A DNA stretch of 64,000 bases from a candidate division NPL-UPA2 bacterium Unc8. Lineage in GTDB: Bacteria > NPL-UPA2. The translations under genes and the position numbers were made by a program. Under the pieces are notes generated by a model. That model searched no databases and was not told the DNA's origin. It saw nothing but the letters and a program-made list of their open reading frames with translations. Each line of letters opens with the position of its first letter. Position 1 is the first letter of the stretch. This document shows positions 10,663 to 20,400 of the stretch, one piece after another. The stretch spans positions 646 through 64,645 of the forward strand of contig NDHY01000003.1 in assembly GCA_003574845.1 (NCBI GenBank), given 5' to 3'.

Positions 10663-10740
10663 GCATTGTAATTTTGACTTTTGATTTTTAACTTTTGAAT
10701 TAGTTCTTAAGCTGGTGAATGGTGTTCTGGTGCTGAGGTT
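10663..10740. repeat. composite intergenic repeat element, copy A (inverted orientation)
   Basis: The reverse complement reads cagcaccagaacaccattcaccagcttaagaactaattcaaaagttaaaaatcaaaagtcaaaattacaatgc. It shares more than 40 nt with copies C (27611) and E (36181). Confidence 0.6.
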
Positions 10741-10788
10741 TTTGGTTCAAACGTTGCACTTAGTGGTTGAATGTAGTATAATGGAGCG

Positions 10789-11466
10789 ATGGGTACTCAA
10801 CAATCAAAGAGCCATAAAAGTAAAACATACTTAATCCGTGAGTTTCGCACTTCTTCTGATTTGAACGACGCTTACGAGTGTTTTGTCAGTAGCTTCTATC
10901 ATATCCAATGGCCTATTATAGATGAAGCTAATTCTCAATTCATAAAGGACATCATTCTTTGGTACCACCACATAGGCTCAAAGACTTTTGTAGCCGAGTT
11001 TGAGGGGAGAGTAAGAGGAGTCCTTGTAGGCTCGTTCCGGCCTGGTCTTGCCGCAGCAGGTCGTGCATTGGTAACGATAACAAAAATGCTATGTCATATG
11101 ATAGCGGGGCATTATCAACTGAGCGCACTTGCCAAAAAACATCTTTTCCAACTGTTTCGGAGTTTTCTCCCCTATATTTACTTACATCCACATAGCAAGG
11201 CGGAAACTCTACTCCTGATATCGCACAAAGAATACCGGGGGGGCATTGGACGGGCATTGATGGATGCATGGATTGCGGAAGTCCGCTCAAATGGCATCCA
11301 GACTGCTACTGTAAGTACTGATTCTGCCATGAGCTGGGATTTCTATGAGAGATATGGATACCGCAGAGTCAGGGAATTTGATTATGCAGCCTATAAATAC
11401 TCTCTACCTACAAAGAATGTCAAAGGCTATATCTATTTAATGGATGTTTCCCCTTCAGGAAGATAA
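10789..11466 (+). CDS. GNAT-family N-acetyltransferase
   Basis: C-terminal RGGIGRALMDAWIAEV (acetyl-CoA binding R/Q-x-x-G-x-G/A motif) and the ..YERYGYRRV tail. 225 aa. Confidence 0.6.
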   Translation: MGTQQSKSHKSKTYLIREFRTSSDLNDAYECFVSSFYHIQWPIIDEANSQFIKDIILWYHHIGSKTFVAEFEGRVRGVLVGSFRPGLAAAGRALVTITKMLCHMIAGHYQLSALAKKHLFQLFRSFLPYIYLHPHSKAETLLLISHKEYRGGIGRALMDAWIAEVRSNGIQTATVSTDSAMSWDFYERYGYRRVREFDYAAYKYSLPTKNVKGYIYLMDVSPSGR

Positions 11467-12047
11467 GAAGGAAAAGGGGACACTTTCCCTCGCACTTGTT
11501 TCAATAGACCGTTGAAAGCATTTAATATTCCTTTCTGTTCAGAAGTTTTACCAAACTTTGAAAGCCATCTTCTTATGTATTTAAGATTAACCTTACCCCT
11601 ATTCTTAATCAATATATTTTTTATATCCTCTTCATCAATAGCTCTACCGGCAAACATTTTATGAATAATAACGTCCTCCGGGGAAGCGAACTTTACTAAA
11701 TAACTATTCATCAGGACTTTCCTTGCTCTCTTCATAGCTCCCCTTTCATAAGGGGTAAAAGAAAAAATAAAATCTACCCGTATTTTTAATTTTGTCTCCT
11801 CTGCGGGAAGCACCTTAGTCTCTCTGGTAAAATTTTCCGGCTCTTCAGGTAAAATTTTTAACCCTGATTTTCTGCACACCTCCTCAATTAATAGAAATTT
11901 ATCTGTATCTATTCCTAAAGTTATATCAATATCCCGGGTAAGACGGGGCGTCCCATATAATAGAACAGCTTGTCCGCCGATAATCATATAGGGAATTTCG
12001 CTTTTATCTAAATGCCGGGCTATCTTTTTTATTAACTTTTCAAACAC
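11433..12047 (-). CDS. Pol-beta-superfamily nucleotidyltransferase-fold protein (AbiEii/DUF1814-like or archaeal DUF2204-like)
   Basis: IIGGQAVLLYGTPRLTRDIDITL gives GG-x13-DID, the NTase GS...DxD signature. 204 aa. Start overlaps the stop of the upstream 66-aa ORF. Confidence 0.45.
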   Translation of the reverse strand: MFEKLIKKIARHLDKSEIPYMIIGGQAVLLYGTPRLTRDIDITLGIDTDKFLLIEEVCRKSGLKILPEEPENFTRETKVLPAEETKLKIRVDFIFSFTPYERGAMKRARKVLMNSYLVKFASPEDVIIHKMFAGRAIDEEDIKNILIKNRGKVNLKYIRRWLSKFGKTSEQKGILNAFNGLLKQVRGKVSPFPSYLPEGETSIK

Positions 12048-12247
12048 TAAGTTAATCCGTTTATTGCTCTGGCAATTCTCAAATCGATTCCTAATCCATC
12101 TAAAATATTTTTAGAACTGATAATCCCCAAAGAAACAGCCTCTTTGTGCAGAGCTTCATATATAAGCAGAGCCTCCCTGTGGGAAATATTTTCCCTCTCC
12201 ATTAATTTCCGATAAAACTTATCTAATTTAAGTTTATTTCTTACCAT
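12047..12247 (-). CDS. small 66-aa protein translationally coupled to the nucleotidyltransferase (candidate antitoxin/partner)
   Basis: ORF whose stop overlaps the NTase start at 12047. Contains R-x4-H (RENISH). No recognisable family. Confidence 0.35.
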   Translation of the reverse strand: MVRNKLKLDKFYRKLMERENISHREALLIYEALHKEAVSLGIISSKNILDGLGIDLRIARAINGLT

Positions 12248-12270
12248 TATCTATGAAACCCCCTTCTCCT

Positions 12271-12380
12271 AAACAGTCCACAGTCCACAGTTGACAGTCA
12301 CAATTTACCAATTACTAATCACTGAATTTTGAATTTTCTTTGTGCCTTTGTGCCTCTGTGTCTCTCTCTACTCTCTAATT
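12271..12380. repeat. composite intergenic repeat element, copy B
   Basis: aaacagtccacagtccacagttgacagtca...gaattttgaattttctttgtgcctttgtgcctctgtgtctctc. It has the head, heptamer and tgtgcctttgtgcc tail modules shared with copies C, D and E. Confidence 0.55.
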
Positions 12381-12438
12381 TATTATACTATATCATTCTC
12401 CCATGCTGTCAAGCGTTTTTGAGATTTTTAAAAAAAAC

Positions 12439-12490
12439 TTGACACTCTAAATGTAGTATGGTAAAAAGTAATAGCCACAATATAAAGTGT
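12439..12490 (+). promoter_or_regulatory. nrdR/nrdDG promoter with two candidate NrdR boxes
   Basis: TTGACA at 12439-12444. Box-like palindromes acactctaaatgtagt (12442-12457) and ccacaatataaagtgt (12475-12490) resemble the NrdR-box consensus acaCwAtATaTwGtgt, spaced about 33 bp apart. Confidence 0.4.
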
Positions 12491-12508
12491 TATTAAGGTG
12501 TTAAAAAG

Positions 12509-12970
12509 ATGCGTTGTCCTTTCTGTGGTTCGTTAGATAGTAGGGTTATTGACTCCCGCTCCAGTAAGAGCCAGACGGCTATCAGGCGGAGGAGGGAATG
12601 CTCTCGCTGCAAGCACAGGTTTACTACCTATGAGCGTCGCGGGGAATTGTTTGTAGTAGTCAAAAGAGATGGTCGCCGCGAATTATTTGACCGCCAAAAA
12701 ATCTTAAATGGGATTACCAGAGCTTGTGAGAAAAGGCCCATAAGCGCAGAAAAGATAGAGGAACTGGTTGATGAGATTGAAAAAATGTTGCAGGAGCGAC
12801 TGCAGGGAGAAGTCAGCTCACGCGAAATAGGAAAGATGGTGATGGAGAAATTAAATGAGCTTGATGAGGTAGCATACATTCGCTTTGCTTCAGTCTATAG
12901 ACAATTTAAAGAAGTTACGGATTTTATGAGAGAAATAAGCGAACTAAGGGTAACCCCTACCAAAAAGTGA
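12509..12970 (+). CDS. nrdR: transcriptional repressor NrdR
   Basis: MRCPFCGSLDSRVIDSR zinc ribbon plus ATP-cone. 153 aa. Confidence 0.92.
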   Translation: MRCPFCGSLDSRVIDSRSSKSQTAIRRRRECSRCKHRFTTYERRGELFVVVKRDGRRELFDRQKILNGITRACEKRPISAEKIEELVDEIEKMLQERLQGEVSSREIGKMVMEKLNELDEVAYIRFASVYRQFKEVTDFMREISELRVTPTKK

Positions 12971-12978
12971 GGTATAAA

Positions 12979-15411
12979 ATGAAGGTAGAGCAGGGAGTAA
13001 AAGAGGCAGAATTGGCGTTTACAGAAGTAAAGAAGCGAGATGGAAGGCTGGTGCCATTTGATGAAGAAAAAATTACTGAGGCAATCTTTAGGGCAGCCCG
13101 GGCAGTAGGTGGAGAGGATAAATTCATGGCATCCGAACTATCCCGTGCCGCCGTTTTTTACCTGAAAGAAAAAATCGGCACCCGAACCCCGGACATTGAA
13201 GAAATACAGGACATCGTGGAAAAAGTTCTCATAGAAACAGGACATGCCCGGACGGCAAAGGCTTATATTCTTTATCGCGACCGCCGCAGGAAACAAAGAG
13301 AAAGACTTAAGGTTCGCAAAGAAATAGAAAAGAAAAGACCGATGACAGACATCTCACTACTTGTTGCAGGAGAAAGGCAGGATGAAATTACCTCCTGGGA
13401 TAAGGTAAAGGTAACCCAGGCGTTGATAAAAGAGGCTGAGATATCGCCGTCTGTGGCAGACTCTGTTGCAGCAGCAGTGGAGAAGAGAATTCTCAGCCAG
13501 GAACTTTCGCAAATTTCTACCAGTCTCATCCGCGAGCTCGTTGACAATGAGCTTTTCAATCGTGGATACCAACAGAAACTCACCCAGCAGAGACTGATTG
13601 GCATGCCCGCTCATGACCTTCATAGCTTGCTCCATTCTAAAAGCAATGAAAATAGTAATATTGCTACTAATAACCCCGAGGCAATCAATCTGACAATTGC
13701 AGAAAATACTATCAAGCAGTATATGCTCCAGCGTGTTTTCAGCGCCTCAGTAGCAAATGCTCATCTTACAGGGATGATCCACATTCATGATATTGGTTAC
13801 CCCCGCGTCTACTGCAGTTCACACAGCCTGGAATATTTAAAAAAGTTTGGCCTGGAGTTGGGAAATCTGGACACGGCATCTGCCCCTGCTACTCACGCCC
13901 GCACCCTTACAGGGCATCTCAATACTTTTCTTGCTTCTCTTCAGGCATATTATGCAGGAGCGCTGGGAGTTGGTTATATAAACATATTTTATGCTCCTTA
14001 CCTTGTTGGAAGAAGTGATACGGAATTGTTACAGGAAGCACAATATCTAATTTTTAGCGGAAGCCAGAATGCATTCTCGCGTGGAGGGCAGACACTATTC
14101 CTTGATTTTAATATTCATCTGGAAGTGCCGTCCTATCTGCGAGATGTTCCTGCCATTGGGCCAAAGGGAAAATACACAGGAAAAACCTATAAAGAGTACG
14201 AAAAAGAAGCGCAGCGTTTTGCAAAGGCAATGCTTAGTGTCTGGAGAACCGGAGATAGATATGGAAATTTATTTGCTTTCCCAAAATGCGACCTTCATAT
14301 TTCCCAGGGAGCGTTTGATGACCCTCAGCAATATGAACTGCTAAAATATGCTTGTGAGATTGCCAGTGAGAATGGAACACCATATTTTATATTTGACCGC
14401 GATGAGATTACTCTGGCTGCCTGTTGTCGCTTGCGTACAAAAATCAAAGACAATTATATGATCAAGCATCCGGAGAGCATGCGCTTCTGCGGATTTCAAA
14501 ATGTAACAATAAACCTTCCACAGGCAGCATATCGGGCAGAGAAAGATATTGGTAAAATTTATGAAGAAATTGATCGGGCAATGAAACTGGCAATAGAAGC
14601 TCATCTGGAGAAGAAAAAGTTTATTCATGACCTGATGAGCTCTCCTAATATGCCAATGTGGGAGGTGGGCAAAATTGCTCGGGATGGCAGGCCATACATT
14701 GACCTGGACCAGGCAACTTATATCATCGGTCTCATTGGGCTTAATGAGTGCGTTCAGTATCTCACAGGAAAGGAGTTGCATAATGATGAAGAGACTTATA
14801 AATTAGGGTTACGGATAATTTCCTTTATGAGTATCAAAGCCATAGAGTACGGCAAGAAATATTCTCTACACTGCACTCTTGAGGAATCCCCGGCAGAATC
14901 AGCTACTCGCAGGCTTTCTAAGATTGATTTGCGCCAGTATCCAGAGGCAGCGACAGTTATCAAGGGCAACCTGGAAGAAGATGAAGGCTACTATACCAAC
15001 AGCATTCATTTTTGCGCTGATGCCCCAATAAACCTTATTGATAGAATTGTGAAGCAGGCTCGTTTTCATACTCTGATTGAGTCCGGCGCAATTATCCATG
15101 CCTTTATTGGTGAGCAGAGCCCTTCTCCAGAAAGCATCTTATCCCTCATTCGTAAAACATGGGAGAATACTCAGACTGCACAATTAACAATCTCACCCGA
15201 ATTTACCATTTGTAAGGAGTGCTCACGAAATGCTCGCGGCCTTAGAGAAAATTGCCCGCACTGCCAGAGTGACGATGTCTATGGAATAACCCGCATCGTT
15301 GGATACTACAGTCGGATTAATAACTGGAACCGCTCTAAAATTGGTGAACTTCGCGAGCGTCATCGGGGAGATTACCAGATTAAGGGAGCATGGGGCAAAG
15401 ATGGAAATTAA
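12979..15411 (+). CDS. nrdD: anaerobic ribonucleoside-triphosphate reductase (class III), with N-terminal ATP-cone
   Basis: ATP-cone at N-terminus. C-terminal glycyl-radical motif RIVGYYSRINNWN and Zn-ribbon CKECS..CPHC. SD gtgaggt before ATG 12979. Confidence 0.9.
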   Translation: MKVEQGVKEAELAFTEVKKRDGRLVPFDEEKITEAIFRAARAVGGEDKFMASELSRAAVFYLKEKIGTRTPDIEEIQDIVEKVLIETGHARTAKAYILYRDRRRKQRERLKVRKEIEKKRPMTDISLLVAGERQDEITSWDKVKVTQALIKEAEISPSVADSVAAAVEKRILSQELSQISTSLIRELVDNELFNRGYQQKLTQQRLIGMPAHDLHSLLHSKSNENSNIATNNPEAINLTIAENTIKQYMLQRVFSASVANAHLTGMIHIHDIGYPRVYCSSHSLEYLKKFGLELGNLDTASAPATHARTLTGHLNTFLASLQAYYAGALGVGYINIFYAPYLVGRSDTELLQEAQYLIFSGSQNAFSRGGQTLFLDFNIHLEVPSYLRDVPAIGPKGKYTGKTYKEYEKEAQRFAKAMLSVWRTGDRYGNLFAFPKCDLHISQGAFDDPQQYELLKYACEIASENGTPYFIFDRDEITLAACCRLRTKIKDNYMIKHPESMRFCGFQNVTINLPQAAYRAEKDIGKIYEEIDRAMKLAIEAHLEKKKFIHDLMSSPNMPMWEVGKIARDGRPYIDLDQATYIIGLIGLNECVQYLTGKELHNDEETYKLGLRIISFMSIKAIEYGKKYSLHCTLEESPAESATRRLSKIDLRQYPEAATVIKGNLEEDEGYYTNSIHFCADAPINLIDRIVKQARFHTLIESGAIIHAFIGEQSPSPESILSLIRKTWENTQTAQLTISPEFTICKECSRNARGLRENCPHCQSDDVYGITRIVGYYSRINNWNRSKIGELRERHRGDYQIKGAWGKDGN

Positions 15412-15670
15412 AATTTTTGGAAGAGAAAATTGCCCAAAGTGCCTGGCGGTGAAAGAAAAACTGCAACTACTTTTAGAAGATATTGCCGACAGCGTCCAGC
15501 TCACTTATTACGACATGGATACTGTAGATGGCTTAACTGAGTCTACCTACTATGGAGTAGGCGGGATTCCTACCACTATTATTGATTACGAGGGGGTTGA
15601 GGCAGCGCGCTGGTCAGGAGAAGTTCCCCGATTAGAAGACATTAAACAATATTTAAAGAGCAGTGATTGA
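15401..15670 (+). CDS. glutaredoxin/NrdH-like thioredoxin-fold protein
   Basis: MEIKIFGRENCPKCLAVKEKL carries a CPKC redox motif. About 89 aa. The internal start is preferred over the 123-aa ORF that overlaps the nrdD 3' end. Confidence 0.6.
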   Translation: MEIKIFGRENCPKCLAVKEKLQLLLEDIADSVQLTYYDMDTVDGLTESTYYGVGGIPTTIIDYEGVEAARWSGEVPRLEDIKQYLKSSD

Positions 15671-16370
15671 AATAAAAGGACTGCTTGAGTCCTCCCTGAT
15701 TGAATGGGAAGGAAAGATAGCAGCGGTTGTCTTTTTGCCTAACTGCAATTTTCGCTGTCCGTGGTGCCATGTCCCCGACCTTGCCTTTGAGCCTGAGCGA
15801 TTGGAGACAATTTCCTTCTCCCACCTTAAAAGGCTGGCAAAAACCCAGCAGGGGTGGCTTGACGGTGTCGTCATTTCCGGGGGAGAGCCAACAACTCATC
15901 GCAAGCTCCCTCAATTCATTGAGAAAGTAAGAAAACTTGGCTTGCCCGTGAAGTTGGAGACCAATGGAAACTATCCAGCTTTATTAAGGACACTTATTGC
16001 GGAGAAACTAATTGCTTCAGTGGCAATGGACATAAAAAACAGAGTTGATGCCGGGCAGACATTATATGACAAAAGCTGTGGAGTAAAAGTTGACATTGGG
16101 AAAATAAAAGAAAGTATCTCTCTCCTCGTGGAAAGCGGGATTGATTGCGAGTTCAGAACCACCGTCGTTCCCGGGTTTGTAGATGAAGAGGATGTTAAGA
16201 AAATAGCCGAGCTAATCTCTCCACTGACAAAAAAATATATCCTCCAGCAGTTTTCTCCCCAACACGCTTTTAAAAAAGAATTGAGAGAAACTATTCCTTA
16301 TTCTCCGGAAGTAATTACAAAAATGGTTGCGTCTGTCAGGTCATTGATTCCAGAAGTTAGCAGTCGATAG
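15663..16370 (+). CDS. nrdG: anaerobic ribonucleotide reductase activating protein (radical SAM)
   Basis: CNFRCPWCH is a CxxxCxxC cluster motif, plus the SGGEP glycine-rich SAM motif. 235 aa. Lies directly after nrdD-grx. Confidence 0.85.
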   Translation: MIEIKGLLESSLIEWEGKIAAVVFLPNCNFRCPWCHVPDLAFEPERLETISFSHLKRLAKTQQGWLDGVVISGGEPTTHRKLPQFIEKVRKLGLPVKLETNGNYPALLRTLIAEKLIASVAMDIKNRVDAGQTLYDKSCGVKVDIGKIKESISLLVESGIDCEFRTTVVPGFVDEEDVKKIAELISPLTKKYILQQFSPQHAFKKELRETIPYSPEVITKMVASVRSLIPEVSSR

Positions 16371-17414
16371 CTTAGATCTTATTAATAAGAGCCCAAGAAT
16401 TGTTTTGCCGTCCCTTATCTTTCCCTCTTTAATCATCTTAAAAGCCTCAGGAAGGCTGAGGGTAACTATCTCAAGGAGTTCGTGCTCTCCCGTGTCCTGC
16501 TTTTCTTCTTTCAATCCTGTAGCACGAAAGATATGAATCATTTCATTGGAAAACCCGGGGGAAACATAGTAAAATAGGAGAAGCTCAAGCTTTCCCGCCC
16601 GATAGCCAATCTCTTCCATCAATTCTCTTTTTATACAATCCTGTGGTTCTTCTCCTTCTTCTAATCTCCCGGCAGGAATTTCATAAATTATCTCTCCCGT
16701 TGCCTGACGAAACTGTTTAACGAGCACTACCCTACCATCCGGAAGAAGAGGGATCGCGCATGCAGCTCCGCGGTGCTCAACGGTCTCATGGATGGATTTT
16801 CGACCATCGGGAAGGAGAAGTTCATCAAGACGCAATTTAACAACTTTGCCTTCATAAGCCAATTTTGACTTCAATCCACTAATCTCCTTCCAGCAATCCT
16901 CATATACTTTCAGGATTTCTTTTGAAAAAAGGACAAATCGCACTTCTTCAAGGCAGCGGGGTTTTTTAAGAAAATCATTGAGTGCGGTCAGGGCAACCCT
17001 GGCGGCTCGCTCAAGAGGGAATAGATAAGCGCCGGTGCTGATAGAGGGAAAGGCGATTGCTCGTATTCCTTTTTCCTCGGCGAGGGTAAGACTGTTGCAA
17101 TAAGCATTGCGGAGAAGGTTATCATCATTATTTTTTCCCGACCAGATTGGGCCAACGGTATGAATAACCCAGCGGGCTTTGAGTTTCCCTCCCCCGGTAA
17201 TCACTGCTTTCCCTGTGTGGCAGCCACCTTGACGGGCACGGATTTCCTTGCACTCTTTGAGAATCTGCGGTCCCCCGACGCGATGAATTGCTCCGTCTAC
17301 GCCACCGCCACCCAGGAGAGAAGTATTGGCGGCATTGACAATTGCCTCAGTGTTCTGTTGGGTAATATCTCCCTGAATTAAACTCAGCTTCGTTTTTCCT
17401 ATCATTACCTCCAT
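16341..17414 (-). CDS. macro domain (O-acetyl-ADP-ribose deacetylase, YmdB-like) fused to a C-terminal NUDIX hydrolase (ADP-ribose pyrophosphatase-like)
   Basis: N-terminal half: IQGDITQQNTEAIVNAANTSLLGGGGVDGAIHRVGGP (macro). C-terminal half: NUDIX box AGRLEEGEEPQDCIKRELMEEIGY. 357 aa. Confidence 0.7.
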   Translation of the reverse strand: MEVMIGKTKLSLIQGDITQQNTEAIVNAANTSLLGGGGVDGAIHRVGGPQILKECKEIRARQGGCHTGKAVITGGGKLKARWVIHTVGPIWSGKNNDDNLLRNAYCNSLTLAEEKGIRAIAFPSISTGAYLFPLERAARVALTALNDFLKKPRCLEEVRFVLFSKEILKVYEDCWKEISGLKSKLAYEGKVVKLRLDELLLPDGRKSIHETVEHRGAACAIPLLPDGRVVLVKQFRQATGEIIYEIPAGRLEEGEEPQDCIKRELMEEIGYRAGKLELLLFYYVSPGFSNEMIHIFRATGLKEEKQDTGEHELLEIVTLSLPEAFKMIKEGKIRDGKTILGLLLIRSKLSTANFWNQ

Positions 17415-17454
17415 ATTTGTCTCCTACCCCGCTACTCACATATTGCACATTTCA

Positions 17455-20400
17455 TCAAGACTTGACCACTATTCTATGTGCCCAATCATCAAGGAGGCTG
17501 TAAATGGTAGGAACTACAACGAGGGTAAAGAAAGTGGAAGCAAATAAACCGCCGATGATGGCGACAGCCATACTGGAACGCATCTCTACTCCCATAGCCC
17601 GGCCCAGGGTAAGGGGAAGTAACGCTAATATAGTGGTGGATGCGGTCATCAGTATCGGGCGCAGCCTCACGCCCCCGGCCTGGATAATAGCCTTATCGCG
17701 GCTTAAGCCTTTAGCGCGCAGTTGATTGACATAATCAATAAAGACAATGGCATTATTGACCACGATACCGGTAACCATAATCATCCCGATAAAGGAGACC
17801 AGCGAGAGGGTATTACCGGTAATCAGGAGAGCCGATACCACCCCAATCAATGATAAAGGAATTGAGAAGATGATAGCAAAGGGATGGAGCAGAGATTCAA
17901 ATTGGGCGGCCATCACCATATAGACCAAAAGAACTGCCAGGACCAGGACAAAGATAAGGCTATAGAACATCTCTATCATGTCCTCATATTCTCCCCCATA
18001 CTCAATAAAGTAACCGGGGGGAATGGTTATTCCGGCTACGGCTCCTCGGACCTCATCCATAATTTCTCCCAGACTGCGGCCTATAAAGTGGGCATTGACC
18101 TCAGCCACTCGCACTCGCTCTTCACGGAATATCGCCGCCAGGCCTCGCCGGGAGTGAATCTCAGCCACCTCGTCAAGATGAACAAGCATCCCTTTTGGAG
18201 AAGGAATAGTAAGATCAGCCAGGCTATCTCTATCTGCTTCTCTAAGACGCAGACGAATATCTATCTCTTCCCCGGCTTCCCGAAAGCGTGTAACTACATC
18301 ACCCTTTATAGCCATTCTTACGGCATTGGCTATCCCGGCCACTCCTAATCCCTTTCGTGAGGCGCGTTCACGGTCAATCTCAATCTGCAGCTCCGGTTTT
18401 CCCGGCCTTAAGGTGGCATCTATACTGTGAATTCCCTCAATACCCTCAAGCTTCTTCGTCACCACATTAGAAAGCTCTTCTAATACAACTAAATCCTTAC
18501 CAAAGAGTTTTATATTTATGGGGGCCGCCCCGGCTCCACCCATTATTGCCGCCGGACCAAACTCGATAAAGGAGGTGCTTAAGCCCTCTATATCCTGGGG
18601 GAGGCGGTGGCGAATCTCAGTCAGAACCTCCTCAATTGAGCGCTTTCTCTCTTCTATTCCGGTCAGGGTTCCGAAAAACATGGCTTCATTCACTCCGGTA
18701 ACTCCAAAGCCAAAAGCTAAATCTACCTCTGCCCCGGGATAGAGACCAACGGAGACAGTAGAGGCTTCCATCTCGGGAATATCAGCAATAATCCTTTCCA
18801 CTCCCCGAACCACCCTATCTGTCTCTTCTAAAGAAGTATCTATCGGCATCCGCAGAGTAGCCATATAGATTCCGCTATCCATCCGGGGAATGAATTCAGT
18901 GTCTAACAATGTGAGAAATCCCAAACTTGAAATAAAAATAGCCGCTGCGGTCAGGATTACCTTTGCCCGATGCTTAAGCGCCCAGGTGAGAAGCCCCTGG
19001 TATCCCTCTCTAAAGCGGTTAAACCGTCCATCAGCGCTACTGGTAACTGATAACTGGTTACTGGTTACCGGTTTTTTTCTTAAGAGCTTTGAAGCGACCA
19101 TAGGCACCAAAGTGAGAGCCACAAATAAGGAAACAATCAAGGATGAGCCTACGGTTATTCCCAATCCCTGCGCCATCCTACCGGTTATTCCGGCCACAAA
19201 AGCCAGAGGTAGAAAGACAACTATGGTAGTTAAAGTAGAGGCAGAGATAGCCATAGACATCTCACCCGTCCCCACCTGAGCAGCCTCTTTTGGTTCCTTG
19301 CCCTCTTTGAGGTGCCGGAAGATATTTTCAATAACCACAATGGCATTATCAAGCAGCATCCCAACGGCTAATGCCAGGCCTCCTAAGGTCATCATATTTA
19401 GTGTATAACCGAGGGAGTAGATGGGGATAAAAGTAGCCAGGATAGCTAAGGGAATGGCTAAGGCAATGGTAAGAGTGGGTCGCCAGTTACGAAGGAAAAG
19501 GAAGAGCACAAAAATAGCTGCCAGACCTCCCCAGAGACCGCTACGGGCTAAACCGGATATAGAAGCTTCAATAAACTTTGCCTGGTCAAACATCTCCTGC
19601 ATCTCAATATCAGGAGGCAGAACTTTCTTTAGCTGATTTAATTCCTCCCGGACCTGCCTGGCAATACGAACCGTATTTGCCCCGGATTCCCTACTAATGG
19701 CCATTAAGAGACCGTCCTGCCCGTCTACCCGTGTATACCCACGCAACTCCTTATGGGTATCGGAAATAACGGCAATATCCTCAAGATAGATGGGCTTTCC
19801 TTCCCTTAAGGAAACCACCGTTCTTCTTATCTCATCCAGGCCTTCAAATTCACCTATGGTGCGCACCAAAAATTCCCGGGGGCCTTCAACCAAATGCCCG
19901 GCGGGAAGATTGAGGTTCGCTGCCCTTATTGCCCCGGCGACTTCAGGAAGGGATAGGTTATGCGCCTCTAATCTGCTTCGATCAACCTCTACTAAAAACT
20001 CCCGCTCCAAACCTCCCCAGAGCCTTACCGAGGCTACCCCCTCTATCCGCTCCAAACGAGGCTTCATAACATCATCTATTAAGTCCCTTAAGTCAAAGAG
20101 GTCGCGCTCCCCGGTAATTCCAAACATCATAATCGGCCACATCGCCAAATCAAACTTAATCACTAAGGGACGGTTCATATCTTCGGGCAGGAAAACCTCA
20201 ATGAGATCTATTATCGCCCTTATATCCTGGGCAGCAAAATCAAGGTTGGTGCCCCAGACAAACTCCGCCGACACCACCGAGATTCCTTCATGAGAGACAC
20301 TGCGCACCTCCCTGATTCCCTTTACTGTGGCTACCACCTCTTCAATGGGTTTGCTAATCAATTCCTCCATATCCTCCGGGGCTACCCCGGGATAGGTAGT

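Noticed and set aside
15299-15400. Longer 123-aa version of the glutaredoxin-like ORF
   Set aside because: The N-terminal 34 residues overlap the nrdD 3' end in another frame. An ATG with an appropriate spacer lies at 15401.
19001-19080. Palindromic taactggttactggttaccgg inside the RND gene
   Set aside because: Lies within an uninterrupted coding frame. Most likely coincidental or codon-driven.
17884-19279. Several 70-170 aa plus-strand ORFs inside the RND transporter gene
   Set aside because: Antisense to a 1029-aa gene with a clear family signature. Typical shadow ORFs.
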